This document shows, piece by piece, positions 37,891 through 51,005 of a DNA stretch of 64,000 bases. The notes beneath the pieces are model-generated. The model was not told where the DNA came from and ran no database searches. It saw nothing but the letters and a program-made list of their open reading frames with translations. The DNA is from Toensbergia leucococca (taxonomy: Eukaryota): the NCBI GenBank assembly GCA_022813965.1, contig JALDZS010000028.1:1-64000 (forward strand), read 5' to 3'. Both the position numbers and the translations under genes were made by a program. Numbering within the stretch: the first letter of the stretch is position 1; each line of letters begins with the position of its first letter.

Positions 37891-38924
37891 TTAGGTATCA
37901 GAGCTTTCCCCTCCTCCCCTAGTCAGTATCGCTGCCGTACCAGTGCCTGGTGTCCGTCCTGTCTTCTTTTTGGCAGCTTCCTCTTGCTTCTCGGCCTCTA
38001 TACTTTTGACAAATGACTCAATATCTTCTACCGGTAGCATTTCAATCGTTTTTCCCGGCGCCATGATGGCAATTTCGATGTTCTTGGCTCCAGTTTGCAC
38101 AACCTCCAATAAAGACTTAACGGTTAGCTTGATGGTGTCCTCCCGACTCATATCATCCTTATGATTTCGTTCCAGGAATTCGCGAACGGTTTTACTAGAT
38201 CTACCAATAGCATTTGCCTTCCTGTAATTAATTCAGTATTGCAGCTTATTGGAATTATTAGGGAATCAAAACCTACCAAGCGGAATAGATGCCTGACGGT
38301 TCTGTCTGATACAGTCGTGGTGTAGTATCCCCTTTGTCAAATCCGACGATCAAAGTACTGATTCCAAACGGCCGTACTCCGCCGCTCTGGGTATATCGCT
38401 GCTGCACCCCTGCTACATACTTCGTAATGTACTCAATTGTCACCGGATCTTCGACGGTCAAGCGATGTGATTGTGCTTCTAATCGTGCTTTGTCCACAAG
38501 AATACGAGCGTCGGCATTTAGACCGGCAAATGCAAGGCAGACGTGAGTGTCTACCAGGCCAATCTTTGAGGGAGTAATCCGAGTGTCTTGGAGCTTCATG
38601 GCAGACCGTTTCTCGCATCCTAGTACCACTATATCCTTGCCCTTGACCCCAACTGCACAAGTCCCTGCTCAAGCATAGTAAGTGATTTAATATCGAAGAT
38701 GCGCTGCAAAACTCACCTCGTTTGACTGCCTCCAAGGCGTACTCAACCTGGAAAACATGGCCATCGGGACTTGATTGTCAACCAATCAGTTTCGACTTGA
38801 AAAAGATGCACTGATTGTCATGATCATTACCTGAAGACTTCAGGCCGTCAATTTTGGCCAAGCAAAGTGGGTTCTAGAGACCTAAGTACTGACCTGACAA
38901 CGCTCGGTCGTATCCAGAAGACAT
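37891..38924 (-). CDS. PRE6: 20S proteasome alpha-4 subunit
   Basis: [65 protein letters not shown]; includes a 7-nt exon. Confidence 0.95.
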
Positions 38925-39276
38925 AATTTGGGAGACCCTTTAATTTTAGGGACGCCTTTGGTGGCTCAGAAACTGTGATGAGATATGGACTTTGTGTTTC
39001 TACTTTGGAAAGCTCCAGAGGAATGTAAGGAAGCTTGTGAATTGGGAGTATGGTGCTTCGCGTCAAGGGTTTTGCCTAATGAGCTGCAACTCGTACTCAT
39101 ACTCGTACACTAGAATACCCGTAGAATAATTGTTCCGGCGCCTTGAGTTACTCCGCTCCTCCGTAGGTGTCTCTAAGTTATCCAAACTTCAACCGAGTTT
39201 CCCTTGATAATCCCATAAATTCTCTTTACATAGGATCTGAAGATCTCAGTAAGGTACAGCATATCTGCAGGGAACC

Positions 39277-41115
39277 ATGATTTCTTGTCCTCATATGGTG
39301 GTCGCTTGCTGGCGTGCTAAACCGTCTTTGCTGTCAAGTCCTCATCGTGCTTTCTTATACTCATTACATCATGCAGCCAAGGTTCGATGGAGCTCTGCTA
39401 TGGCAGTACCCCATCAACCTGACGCCGGAGGAGATGCTGGAGGTGTACTAAGTTCTCAGAAGCAAATCAAGTTCACCTCTGAGTCGTATGTCTATGTTTC
39501 ATGGGCATAGATTCTTTGCATTGCTTATCACTTCAAAGATACCCAGATATGAAACGAGATAGTAAATTTGCCCAGGTATATTTGTTAAAGAGTGCTTTTT
39601 CTGGAAATCTGCGAATCTGATTCTATGGTGTAGCTCACAAATGATCATGTTCAGTTTTTCAAGGATCTCCTCGGGGCTGGGTCTGCTGTCATCGACGGGG
39701 TTTCCACAGATGCAACAAGTGATCTTGAACCCTTCAACAGTGATTGGATGAGGAAATATAAGGGCCATACAAAGTTGGTCATCAAGCCAGGGTCAACAGA
39801 AGAGACAAGCAAGGCACTAAAATACTGCAATGACAACATGCTTGCGGTCGTACCGCAGGGCGGAAATTCGGGCCTTGTTGGTGGCTCCGTGCCGGTCTAC
39901 GATGAGATTGTGATCAATACATCACGCATGAATAACATTCGGTCATTTGATGAAGTATCTGGGACCCTTGTCGTTGATGCTGGATGCATTCTTGAGGTTG
40001 TCGATCATTTCTTGGCAGAAAAAGCTCATATATTTCCCCTGGACCTTGGGGCGAAGGGTTCGTGTCAAATTGGAGGAAATGTGGCAACAAATGCTGGTGG
40101 TCTGAGATTACTTCGTTATGGAAGCTTGCATGGGAACGTGCTTGGGATCGAGGCGGTCCTTCCAGACGGTACTATTATGGATGATCTGTCCAAATTGCGT
40201 AAAAACAACACTGGATATGATATAAAACAATTATTTATTGGGGGCGAGGGCACTATAGGAATCATCACTGGGGTCTCGATATTATGTCCGCAAAGATCGA
40301 AAGCTGTAAATGTTGCGTTTTTCGGCCTCGAGAATTACGAAAAGGTTCAAAGGGCATTTCGAGAAGCCAAGGGCCAGCTTTCCGAGATTCTCTCCGCTTT
40401 CGAACTCATGGATGGACAAAGCCAAGACTTGGTGCATACGGTTACTGACAGAAAGCGACCATTGGATAGCAAATATCCTTTCTATTGTCTTATAGAAACA
40501 AGTGGTTCTAATACCGATCATGATAGTGAGAAGCTAGAGAAGTTTCTCGAGTATGTCATGAATGAGGAGATTGTCGCGGATGGCGTATTAGCCCAGGATG
40601 AGACCCAGATCCAGTCGCTTTGGTCATGGCGTGAAGGTATCCCAGAATGTCTTGGGCATTGGGGCGGTGTATACAAGTACGATCTCTCAATACCAATTAA
40701 GGAGCTTTATGCATTAGTCGAGGCGACGCGGGAGCGCCTCACATCCGCTGGGTTGGTAGGGGATAACGATCAGCATCCAGTCGTGGGTGTTGTAGGCTAC
40801 GGTCATATGGGGGACTCGAATTTACATCTCAACGTGGCAACGAGGAGGTATGACAAGGAGGTTGAGAAAAAGCTGGAACCGTTTGTATATGAATGGATAT
40901 CCAAACGCAATGGAAGTATCAGTGCGGAACATGGCCTCGGCATTGCGAAGAAGGCGTACATTGGATACAGCCGCAGTGAAACCATGATCAGACTAATGAA
41001 GCAGATCAAAAATCTATACGACCCAGTAGGTTCCAGTCTGATGCAAGCTTCTATGAATGGAATTCAGCTAACTCATTCACAGAATGGTATAATGAATCCT
41101 TATAAGTATATTTGA
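39277..41115 (+). CDS. DLD2: Mitochondrial D-2-hydroxyglutarate/D-lactate dehydrogenase (FAD-linked)
   Basis: [58 protein letters not shown]; basic presequence-like N-terminus. Confidence 0.92.
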
Positions 41116-42014
41116 TATAGGTATCAGGTATAATTATACATCATCACTGTCAGTAGCATGAAATGAAGTCTGGACTTGCTCTTGTGATGACAATAGCAGT
41201 TGATACTCAATACCTTATTTGTTTTCTGCAGCCAACGCTCGAACGAGCTAGGATATTCTAGGGTTGCGCTACGGGACCCGAGACTTCAAGCGAGACAGCC
41301 AGGGGTTGTCGGAAAAGCCAATGAATGAAAGCTCAAGACTGGTGGATGAAGAGGGTGCGATCAATGCGATCAAGAGTAGAAAAGCACTGTAGATAGGAAG
41401 CGAGATAGCCCGAATACCTTACTAGTCGAGTAAATGAAAGGTCTTGGGCCTGATACACGGTAGCACATATTCTATGTAGAATATTCCGAGTAAGAGTCCA
41501 CCGCGCTAATTCTTGAGACGGCCCCGCTTAGCATCAGTACCATGTCGCTGTAAACGCCCTGTAATGGATAAACCAACCCTCACCTACCACTACCAGCACG
41601 TCAATTTCTTCGTTGGTGCGTATAGGCCATGACATAATCCGCATCACTGTCACAGCCGTTTCTGTGTGCTAGTATTCCACGCACGCTGTCCAGTCCGCAA
41701 TCGTGTTGAAGCAATACTAAGCCAAGCCACTCAAGATCAAGACCGATCAACGATAGCAGACTACTGGCTTACCATCGTACAGCGCACCCTCTCGCGCCAT
41801 GTTCTGACATTAAGCTACTGCTCTCCACTACTCAAGATACCGAGACATTGGAAAGCCGTAGGAGACCTGTCTATTGCTGCAGGCGGGGTGCTAGAAGCCA
41901 AAACATAGAGGACTCTTATTGTGGTGACTGGAATCGTCCAAGACACCGTGCAAGCTTTCAGAAACAATTGCAAGTTTCTGCTCCGAGGAAGACTTTTAAT
42001 CCGAGCAAATGAAC

Positions 42015-44621
42015 ATGAAGGGTTTCAGGCAGAGAGTAGTATGAGACCCCATTGGGCCACTATCGTGCCAGCTCCTATTTCTTGACATTTGTCTCGTTCG
42101 CCCGCCTGATCCAGAAGCCGCTAACGAATTTCAGCATGAGCAGCTCTCACGAGCTAAAGACTCAAACAAGAATAGCAAAGGCAAAAAGGATAATTCGTCT
42201 GGTGCAACATCTCCGTCTCAAAGTTCAAGCGTCGCTCCATCTAGCCACACTCAATCTCCATCTTCCTCAAGTCATGGTACTCCGACTTCATCGACTACGG
42301 CATTGAGCGATTCGAGGAACAAACCATTGCCCCCTGGGGAGAATGGTCTCGGTGGGTCTGGCCATGGCAATACTCTCCATGCTTCGCCACAAGGGACACC
42401 CAATTCGCTTCCGGCGGGCCAAGCTTTCCTACCTTCTCAGCTTGGTATAGGAGGATTAAGCTCTCCAGGGGGGCCAGGAACGCCTACGAGGCAAGGTCTT
42501 CTAGCGCCCAGTGTCATTATAAGTCCGAGTGCGCCGGTAAGTGGTTGCATTCTTTGCTACCCCTAAGTTATATCACTACTCCCAGGACTTCATTGAATAC
42601 AAGGCGATATCTCGTATTTGCTCAGGCTAATGTTAACACCTTTAGCATGTTCCTCCCCCCGGCGCTGCCGAGACGATGCCAGGCGATCTGGCTCCACCTA
42701 AGGCTGGGGGGCATAAGTCAAGTGCGTTTGACCGCCTGTCATCTACACCGAAGGACGTACCAGAAGGCATCCGGACTCCAAAAAGGCAACATTCATCGAG
42801 GTTTGATATCTCGGATCAACGTCAGAGGGAATTGGAAAAGCTCCCCGGCTTTCATGAAGTGCCGCCAAACCGTCGACAAGAGCTTTTCATGCAGAAGGTT
42901 GACCAATGCAACATCATTTTTGACTTCAATGATGCTAGTGGTGACATGAAGTCGAAAGAAATCAAGCGGTTGGCACTCCACGAACTACTCGATTATGTTG
43001 CAAATAATAGACAAGTCATTACCGAGCCAATGTATCCAAGAGTCGTCGACATGTTCAGCAAGAATCTCTTCCGCCCTATTCCGCCGCCCATGAATCCGCA
43101 GGGTGAAGCATTTGACCCGGAGGAAGATGAACCCGTGCTAGAGGTTGCGTGGCCTCACATTCAGGTCGTATATGAGTTTTTTCTTCGATTTATCGAGAGC
43201 CAAGATTTCAACACGAACATTGCGAAGGGATTCATCGACCATCAATTTGTCCTACAAGTATGTTGGATGTTGTGCATTGTAATGCAGTATGATACTAATG
43301 AGTTCAGCTTCTCGAACTATTTGACTCCGAGGATCCCAGAGAGCGCGATTTTCTCAAGACGACTCTCCACCGAATATATGGCAAATTCCTAAATTTACGG
43401 TCATATATTAGGCGATCGATAAACAATGTTTTTTTTCAATTTGTTTACGAAACGGAGAGGTTCAACGGTATTGCGGAGCTTCTAGAAATCCTTGGCTCAA
43501 TTATCAATGGCTTTGCGCTGCCGTTGAAGGAAGAACACAAATTATTCCTCACTAGAGTCTTGTTGCCATTGCACAAAGTTAAGAGCCTGAGCATGTATCA
43601 TCCCCAGCTAGCTTATTGCATTGTGCAATTTCTCGAAAAAGATGCTGCACTTACAGAAGAGGTGAGTGGCCTCAGGGATGTACTAGTCAAGATCTGATAG
43701 TTGTTTATAGGTCGTAGTTGGGCTGCTGAGGTTTTGGCCAAGAGTCAACAGTACTAAAGAAGTCATGTTTCTCAATGAGGTCGAAGATATCTTCGAGGTC
43801 ATGGACCCAGCAGAGTTCGCAAAGGTGCAGGAGCCATTGTTCAATCAGTTGGCCAAGTCTGTTGCAAGTCCTCATTTCCAGGTAATTGTGATGTACACTT
43901 GCCGAGTTCCAATTTACTGAAATGCGTATGTCATAGGTGGCAGAACGGGCACTATACTTTTGGAATAACGAATATTTTTGCAACCTCATTAGTGACAATG
44001 TTGAAGTCATCCTTCCTATCATGTTCGCGCCGCTGTACGAAAATTCAAAAGGTCACTGGAATAGGTAAATCAACCTTGCTTGTTGACATTGAAGCACTTG
44101 CTGATGACATCAGGACTATCCATGGCATGGTATATAACGCGATGAAGCTCTTTATGGAGATCAATCCTCAGCTTTTTGACGAGTGCTCCCATGAGTACAC
44201 GGAACAGCAGAGCAATGCAGACCAAAAACAGCAAGCTCGGAAAGACAAATGGGATAGACTTGCCGAGCAAGCTAGACAAAAACAGAATGGCGGATCATCA
44301 GCAACATTAATCTCAACTACTTTGAGAGGTTCCACAAAAGTCAACACGCCAATGCGAATGGACGAAGTTGATCCAATGACCCAAGATAGTCAAAAGCGAT
44401 TAGACGCGCTACGGATTCAAGATGAGGGTACTAATGGAAGGGAACAACGGCGCCCAAGGGAACACGACAGACAAAACTCGGTAGGCAATCTCACCTCCAC
44501 AACCAACGAGGGCGATCAAGATGTCATAGGCGGCAATGGATGGATTCTCGAATGCTCTTACTGACAGATCTCCTGTGACTTAATGGCAGGGGCGAGTTCA
44601 CCAGCCAATAGACGATACTAG
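42015..44621 (+). CDS. RTS1: PP2A regulatory subunit B56/B' (3' end uncertain, 44564-44718)
   Basis: MKGFRQRV start; [78 protein letters not shown]. Confidence 0.93.
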
Positions 44622-45309
44622 ACTCCAGCGTATAATAAGCGATGATGGTGGACAACCACAAATCGAGAGACAAGTGCCAGGCGGAGGAGTTACAACACCA
44701 TCGGTAATATCAAGATAGAAACGAGGATTGCTTTGGCACGGAGCTACTTAAAAGCTGTAGGTTGGTTGGACTCCAAGAGTCCATGTTGAGTTGGCATTTT
44801 TCCACAAGAAGGATTTTGTCTCACTAGGGTGTACTTTGGTCTTGATACAGTGGAGCATACGGGCTTGTGCAAGCCATTTTACTCTCGTTGCCTGCGAGCA
44901 GGTATTTCTATGGGCACGGCGCCTATTATTTTCTTAGGGAACGGGGAAAATGCCTTGTGGTGCCTACCTCGAAGGTAGAATTAGATCTTGATGTTTGAAA
45001 TGCACCTTCATAGCGATAGTCGGACACTCATAGGAAATGTCTTCTTGTACATTCAACGAAACCACCCTGTCTTGTTCCAGGGATAAACTTAGCCTACCAT
45101 GGTGATATTCTTATGCTTCCTATGACAGATGAGACGGGAGACACACGTACTCGTACTCGTACACTTACTCAGGGGTCCAGGTCATATGACAAAAGATTTT
45201 CTGCTCTCCTTCTCCGATGCGCCAATCACGTCATCTTTGATCAACTGACGATACCGAGATTGCGGCCGTTCAACTCACTCCGCACAATCCAAATTTCATC
45301 TAATGCACA

Positions 45310-46748
45310 ATGACACGAAATCAGGGAATCTCTCTCCGCGAGTCGCTGCCGTCAGACTCTGGCGAGCAAGAGCCCTACGACGCTGAACAATATGTATTCA
45401 ACCTCGATCAAGCCGATTCAAGCCAAAGGGAATCAAACAGAAAGAGGGCTTGCGTTCTCGTGGGGTCCGGATTGTTGCAGCTGCCGATCTGGGGTAGGCT
45501 AAGTCCTATATCCTCATTACAGTTCTACTCACACAAGTAGGCTTTGCCATGAATTACGGCGTCTTCCAAGAATACTATTCCGGCAACTGGACACTGCAAG
45601 GCAGTCATGAAGTCACCGGTATCATCGGCACAACCTCTAACGGCGTCATGTATCTCTCCATGCCTTTTCTATTCGCACTGTTCTCCAGACGATGGGCTTG
45701 TAGACGCCAGACCGCTGCTCTTTGCGGTGCTGCCCTTACATGTATTAGCTTCCTCCTGTCCTCCTTCAGTTCTCATGTCTGGCATTTGGTTGCGACACAG
45801 GGAGTCATGGCAGCATTAGGATGTGCTCTCATTTACAGCCCGATGACATTATCGCTTGGCGAATGGTTTGATATCAGCAATCGAGCTGTGGCATACGGAG
45901 TTGTTCTTTCTTGCAAAAATATCGTGGGATCTGCTTGTCCGTTTCTGTTGCGAGCCCTTCTTGACCGCTACGGCTTCCGTATAACGTTGAGGATATGGAC
46001 GGCTATTACGGCCGGAATCAGCATTCTCGCAACCTTCTTGATACCGACTCATCCTTCGAGCATGTCCTCGAGCACCCATCGGACACGGAAGATCCCCTGG
46101 CAGTTCCTCAAACACCAGACCTTCTACATCTACAGCATCGCCATCATATTTCAAAGTTCTGGATATGGTATCCCGCAAACATACCTAAATACGTACGCCC
46201 ACGAAGTCACTCTACTGTCTCAGACCTCGGCCACCCTTCTGCTCACTCTTTTCAACATCCCTGGCATCGTCGCCTCGCCTTTTTTCGGGTATCTGAGTGA
46301 CAACAAGCGCTTCCCCCTTTCGGCCACGACTGTAACTTCTGTATCCACTGTCAGCTCCGCTCTGTCTGCTTTCCTCCTCTGGGGCCTAACGTCGCAAGGT
46401 AGCATGGCACTTTTGGTAATATTCTCCATCACTTTCGGCTTCTTTGCTGGCGGCTACAGCGCGACTTGGGGAGGCGTCATCAATGAGTTAGAACGCGAAG
46501 CTGCACAGAGGAATGAGGCTATCGACACGGGAATGCTGTACGGTCTGCTGAATGGTGCGAGGGGGGTCGGATATGTGAGTGGTGGGCTTGCTGGTGTGCC
46601 ACTGCTCAAAGCCGGAGGCACGAGCTCGGTGGGAACTTTTGCTTATGGGACGACTTACGGGCCCCTTATCATATTCACAGGACTCTCGTCGGTTTTTGGC
46701 TGCTGGGGATTGCTATGGAAGGGGAAGAAATTGCTGCGTTTGGTGTGA
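45310..46748 (+). CDS. MFS monocarboxylate-transporter-like (MCH) permease
   Basis: QLPIWG/FAMNYGVFQEYY across intron about 45494-45540; many hydrophobic segments; LVATQGVM, EWF..NRAVAYG, FFGYLSD. Confidence 0.85.
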
Positions 46749-47069
46749 CAGCAGCATCATACTCCGGGCGTGGACTCGGAGACTGCGTGAGAGAACACAC
46801 AAGACATTTCTATTGGATCTTATCATACTCCAATGTAGAGCTGAAGCAGTCGAAATATATGTAGAGACAACGAATGCACGCGAGAAGAGGATGCGGATAA
46901 GATGAAATAAAAGGCCCATAACTGGATTCGCAAATCCTATCCTTCGAGGACTCTAAGACGTCCTCTGCGGTCACAGACCAAAGAATTCCTAGATCATGGA
47001 ATTTTCTGTTCATCGCTGCAATCTTGACTCTCCTGCGGAATGCAGAGTTGTATAACTTCTTGAACGCCG

Positions 47070-47630
47070 ATATCTCTATTGTGTCTGACACGCAGCAGCA
47101 GCAGAAGAAGACTGACGCCGCATCAGCGAGCGCCGACGAGAGCTCTCAACATCATTCGCCCCGAAAGTTTTACTCAACTCTGTATTCAGCCCCACAGCAT
47201 TCGACATCTCCCTCGCCATCTTGACGGGCAACATCCCCTCGCTATGTGCCTTGGCGAAGTACAAGTTGATCTCCTCCAGAGACCTCTTCGATGTCTCAGG
47301 GAAGAAGATCCAAACGCAGGGGATTATGGCAGCGTTAGACTCGGCGAACAAAAACGTACGTGCAATATCTCAAAGATTGCATCTAACATGCGATATTCGT
47401 CATTGTGAGGCCTTCGGAGACTTTTCTCGCCATCACTGCAAGATTTTGATAAAGGCCTTCTTTCCAAGGCGGATAAGATATCATACTGATTACTCGAGTG
47501 AAGAATAGGCTTGTTGAATGAGGTGGGGTGCAATTTGCCTGGTCGTTATATTGTAGTCTCACGCGAATAACGCCGCCTAGATTACGCAGAAACAATTGCA
47601 CGCCAGACAATAATGAGCTATAGAAATTGA
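47070..47630 (-). pseudogene. Sugar-porter (MFS) C-terminal relic
   Basis: FAESNAAIIPCVWIFFPETSKRSLEEINLYFA matches the sugar-porter PET(K)x(R)SLEEI motif; upstream frames are broken and no full gene is present. Confidence 0.65.
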
Positions 47631-48114
47631 TGAACGTACTGTACAGTAATAAGGCCTAAAGATGATCAGATCTTTACAACTTTGGATAGCAGAAACGCTG
47701 ATCTGCAACGCTTTAGTTGAAAGGCTCGAGGACACGACCCTAGCATAAATTTTAATCAGAGGAATCAGAGGGTGGTGGAGCTCGAGCGCATCTATGAGAA
47801 AATAGGGAGATACGATGAACTGATCTGATAGAGGCGCTCAGACTCAAATCCGGATAGAACAGCAGTAGCTCAGATTTACGACCGTAACTCAAGCCACACC
47901 ATAAGGCTGAGACCAGGCTCTTGTTTACGTGATGATCTTGATCAGGACTACCCGCCACTAGCGTGGTGTCACTACCTTAATTTACCTTACTAGCACTCCT
48001 AGCTAAACCACACGCCAAGCATCTTCTAGCAACCTCCCATCACAGACTACAAATACTAAGAAATCCCTCTCCTCTCAAAAAAGTCCCTACTTCCCTCCCA
48101 AAGCCTAACGCATC

Positions 48115-48927
48115 ATGTCAGAGCGCAAGGTCCTCCAAAAGTACTACCCCCCCGACTTCGATCCCTCCCGCATCACCCGCACCCGCGGCCCCAAACCGCC
48201 CGGGCCCAAAGTGCAAACCGTCCGCCTAATGGCCCCCTTCAGCATGAAATGCACCGCCTGCGGTGAATTCATCTACAAGGGCCGCAAATTCAACGCGCGC
48301 AAGGAAACCACCGACGACAAATACTACAGCATCGCCATCTACCGCTTCTACATCCGCTGCACGCGCTGCAGCGGCGAAATCACCTTCAAGACCGATCCGA
48401 AGAACATGGACTACGAGTGCGAGAAGGGGGCGCGGAGGAATTTTGAGCCGTGGAGGACGCAGGGGGGGGCTGCGAAGGAGGAGAGTGAAGAGGAGAGGCT
48501 GGTTAGGTTGGAGGAGGAGGAGGCGGAGAGGGGGGTCATGGCTGGGTTGGAGGGGAAGGTCGAGGATGCGAGGAGGGAGATGCGGATTGCGGATGCTTTG
48601 GATGAGATTCGAACGAGGAATGCGAGGAATGAGAGGGTGGGGAAGGGGGGGATGGAGGGGGTGGGGGAGGAGGATGAGAAGATGGAGGGGGAGAGGGAGA
48701 GGTTGGAGAGGGAGGATGAGGAGCTTGCTAGGAGGGCCTTTATGCGGCAAGGGGGCGATATTGAACTTGCTGCGGATGGGGAGGATGACGGTGTCGGGGG
48801 TGAGGATGCAGTTGAGGCGACCAAGGTGGAGATGGGGCCGCCGCCGCCGACGTTCAAGCGGGCGGTCAAGAGGAAGAAGGACTTTTCGGCTGCGTTGGGC
48901 ATTAAGCGGAAGCCGGCTTTGGTTTGA
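48115..48927 (+). CDS. YJU2: Splicing factor Yju2/Cwc16 (CCDC94)
   Basis: MSERKVLQKYYPPDFDP, VRLMAPFSMKCTACGEFIYKGRKFNARKE, CTRCSGEITFKTDPKNMDY. Confidence 0.95.
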   Translation: MSERKVLQKYYPPDFDPSRITRTRGPKPPGPKVQTVRLMAPFSMKCTACGEFIYKGRKFNARKETTDDKYYSIAIYRFYIRCTRCSGEITFKTDPKNMDYECEKGARRNFEPWRTQGGAAKEESEEERLVRLEEEEAERGVMAGLEGKVEDARREMRIADALDEIRTRNARNERVGKGGMEGVGEEDEKMEGERERLEREDEELARRAFMRQGGDIELAADGEDDGVGGEDAVEATKVEMGPPPPTFKRAVKRKKDFSAALGIKRKPALV

Positions 48928-49149
48928 TGGGGTGTTTGGCTGTTGTGTGTTTTTTGTTTGCCTGGCGCTGGCTGGGCTTTGGTAGGTAGCGTGGGTTGGA
49001 AGATGTTGCAGTTCTTGGAACTGGAACGTTTGTAACGTCGCTGCATGGGAACTCGTGCTTCATGAAACTTACAGTTTTCTCGTCATGGTCTCGGAGTATT
49101 ATTGTTTTGAGGAAAGGGGGTGTATATGTTCAAATGACTAGAGGAAATT

Positions 49150-49710
49150 TAGAGGAGTGATGCCGTCTCTTTAGTCTTTGATGTCAAGATGTGTAGTGAT
49201 TCTTACCCATCGCAATTCTTTCTTTTCTGGTTTTAGTATTTATTTTAAAGATATGGTCTTTTACTGTGTAGCTCTACGCTTGAAATGCTTCTTCTACAAA
49301 CAGTCACATTGAATTCTCATGAGAAGTTGTCAAATGATATCTCTAAAAAATTTAAATTAAAGTCTACAAGTGTGTTCTATGTCGTATTTGATTCTCAAGA
49401 GGTTTTATGTCCTTCATGTCAACTATAGAAATACTTTTGATCTTATTACAGCGTGTTGAATTAGGTAGACTTGGTGACTGAAGTGAGATTGTGCATAACT
49501 TAATTATCGGAGAACGAAGACAATTTGAGAAACACATGTGCAAATTGAGAAATATTGCATGTTTTCTTTCATTGAGGTGGTCAAGGTTTGGAGCATCAAA
49601 AGGTTCTCAAATTGATAGAGCAAATCTGTCTCTTTCGTCAAACTTGACTGTTTCTCAATGTTCATCGTTTGCTTCTTCATAATCCTTGGCTCATCTAGAA
49701 ACATGGACAA
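49150..49710 (-). pseudogene. Possible highly decayed third copy of the adjacent F-box-like family
   Basis: AT-rich; broken frames VKFDERD...DAPNL and KYFYS* echo IKYDQRE...QHPKL and KIFYSQ of the neighbours. Confidence 0.3.
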
Positions 49711-49821
49711 GCCAAATCTAGCATTCTGAACTCAAGACTTGATTGAGGTCTCTCCTCTCGCTTCAGCTCGTTTTGTTCTAATCGCACCACAGCTATGTTC
49801 TCCAATCTCGCCCATTCAAGT

Positions 49822-50574
49822 TCACCTGTCAATCGTTTCGAACTTGCCAGTACCCCAGTTGTATTTCAGATCCTTTCCCTCCGAATCTGTGATGTCTGTC
49901 TTGCCCATGATGTAAGACTGGAGCCCCTCCGATCTGTCCCTCAAAAATTCACGAATATACACTTCCGCAACACCCCTCAAAAGTTTCAAAGAATCCAGAA
50001 CATGGAAATAATGCCAGAGGCTTTTGTTCCCTATCCAACCATCCCAGTGACAGCGGTAATTGGCTCTGAGCTCTCTCAGTGGCGATCTGAGAGCTAGCGT
50101 CTCGATGTTGCCTTGAATACTGTCTCTGATGTATGGATAGAAAGCTCTGTAATCACAACTGATAATTATCCGGAGCTGGATCCGGGTGAATGAAGTGACG
50201 TAGGTATCATTTAACAGGCGCTGGAAAACGCGGTCTTTATCCCATTTTAGGCCGAAGTTACAACTATCTTCGTTATAGTCGAGCTCGATCAGAAACATGT
50301 TCTGACTGTAGAAAATCTTGGTGGCTTCGTCGTGGACCTGACGATTGGTAAGCAGGATGGAAAGATTGGTTGATAAAGGACTCCAGCAGCGCAAGTCCTC
50401 AAGTTTTCGGAGTTGAAGGTAGCGTTCCCATTCCGATAGCTTTGGATGGTCAAGGATCAACTTTTCCTCACGGTCGAAGGCTCTCTTGTCATATGTTACC
50501 AATGTGTAGGCGTAGATACGATTTCGAAGTTCAGGAGGGAGCTTTAGAAACGAAAACGACTGAGGATTAGACAT
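49822..50574 (-). CDS. F-box-like N-terminal motif protein, paralog A
   Basis: FSFLKLPPELRNRIYAYTL...ILLTNRQVHDEATKIFYSQNMF. Confidence 0.75.
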   Translation of the reverse strand: MSNPQSFSFLKLPPELRNRIYAYTLVTYDKRAFDREEKLILDHPKLSEWERYLQLRKLEDLRCWSPLSTNLSILLTNRQVHDEATKIFYSQNMFLIELDYNEDSCNFGLKWDKDRVFQRLLNDTYVTSFTRIQLRIIISCDYRAFYPYIRDSIQGNIETLALRSPLRELRANYRCHWDGWIGNKSLWHYFHVLDSLKLLRGVAEVYIREFLRDRSEGLQSYIMGKTDITDSEGKDLKYNWGTGKFETIDR

Positions 50575-51005
50575 TGTATGAGAGAAGTGGCTTCGCGTGG
50601 TGTTGAGAAGTTGAGTGGGCTGTGGGCTTTAGGGCCTGTCTGCCTACATATCAGCAATCAATAAAACCAAGAGATGAATAGAGATTCAAACCAAGGAGAC
50701 ATCTGGCTCTTAATGAGATGCACTCTATGTTCTGATGGATAAAGGATAAAGTGATGGTGTGTTTGACTTTCGTCGATTTGTTAATTAGTAGAGAGTGCAG
50801 TGAATCCCTTCAAGCCAATCGAGTACATCAACACATCTCCGAGTGAATCTTACGTGTTTTAAACTTGCACCGCTAATCTAACTGCTATTGCAGGAAGCCA
50901 AAGCATCTTGCATCACCTAAACCATCAAGAAAAATACACTCCCGTTGATTCAAGCCACAATGTAGAAATCCAGAACACCTCTCATCCTCATACGATCTAA
51001 CACTG

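Noticed and set aside
17174..48927. Functional cluster of splicing genes (CID protein, WDR83, PRP45, YJU2)
   Set aside because: Spread over 30 kb among unrelated housekeeping genes; compatible with chance.
48226..49046. Several long overlapping ORFs across YJU2
   Set aside because: By-product of extreme C/G skew and low stop-codon frequency; only the Yju2 frame has conserved motifs.
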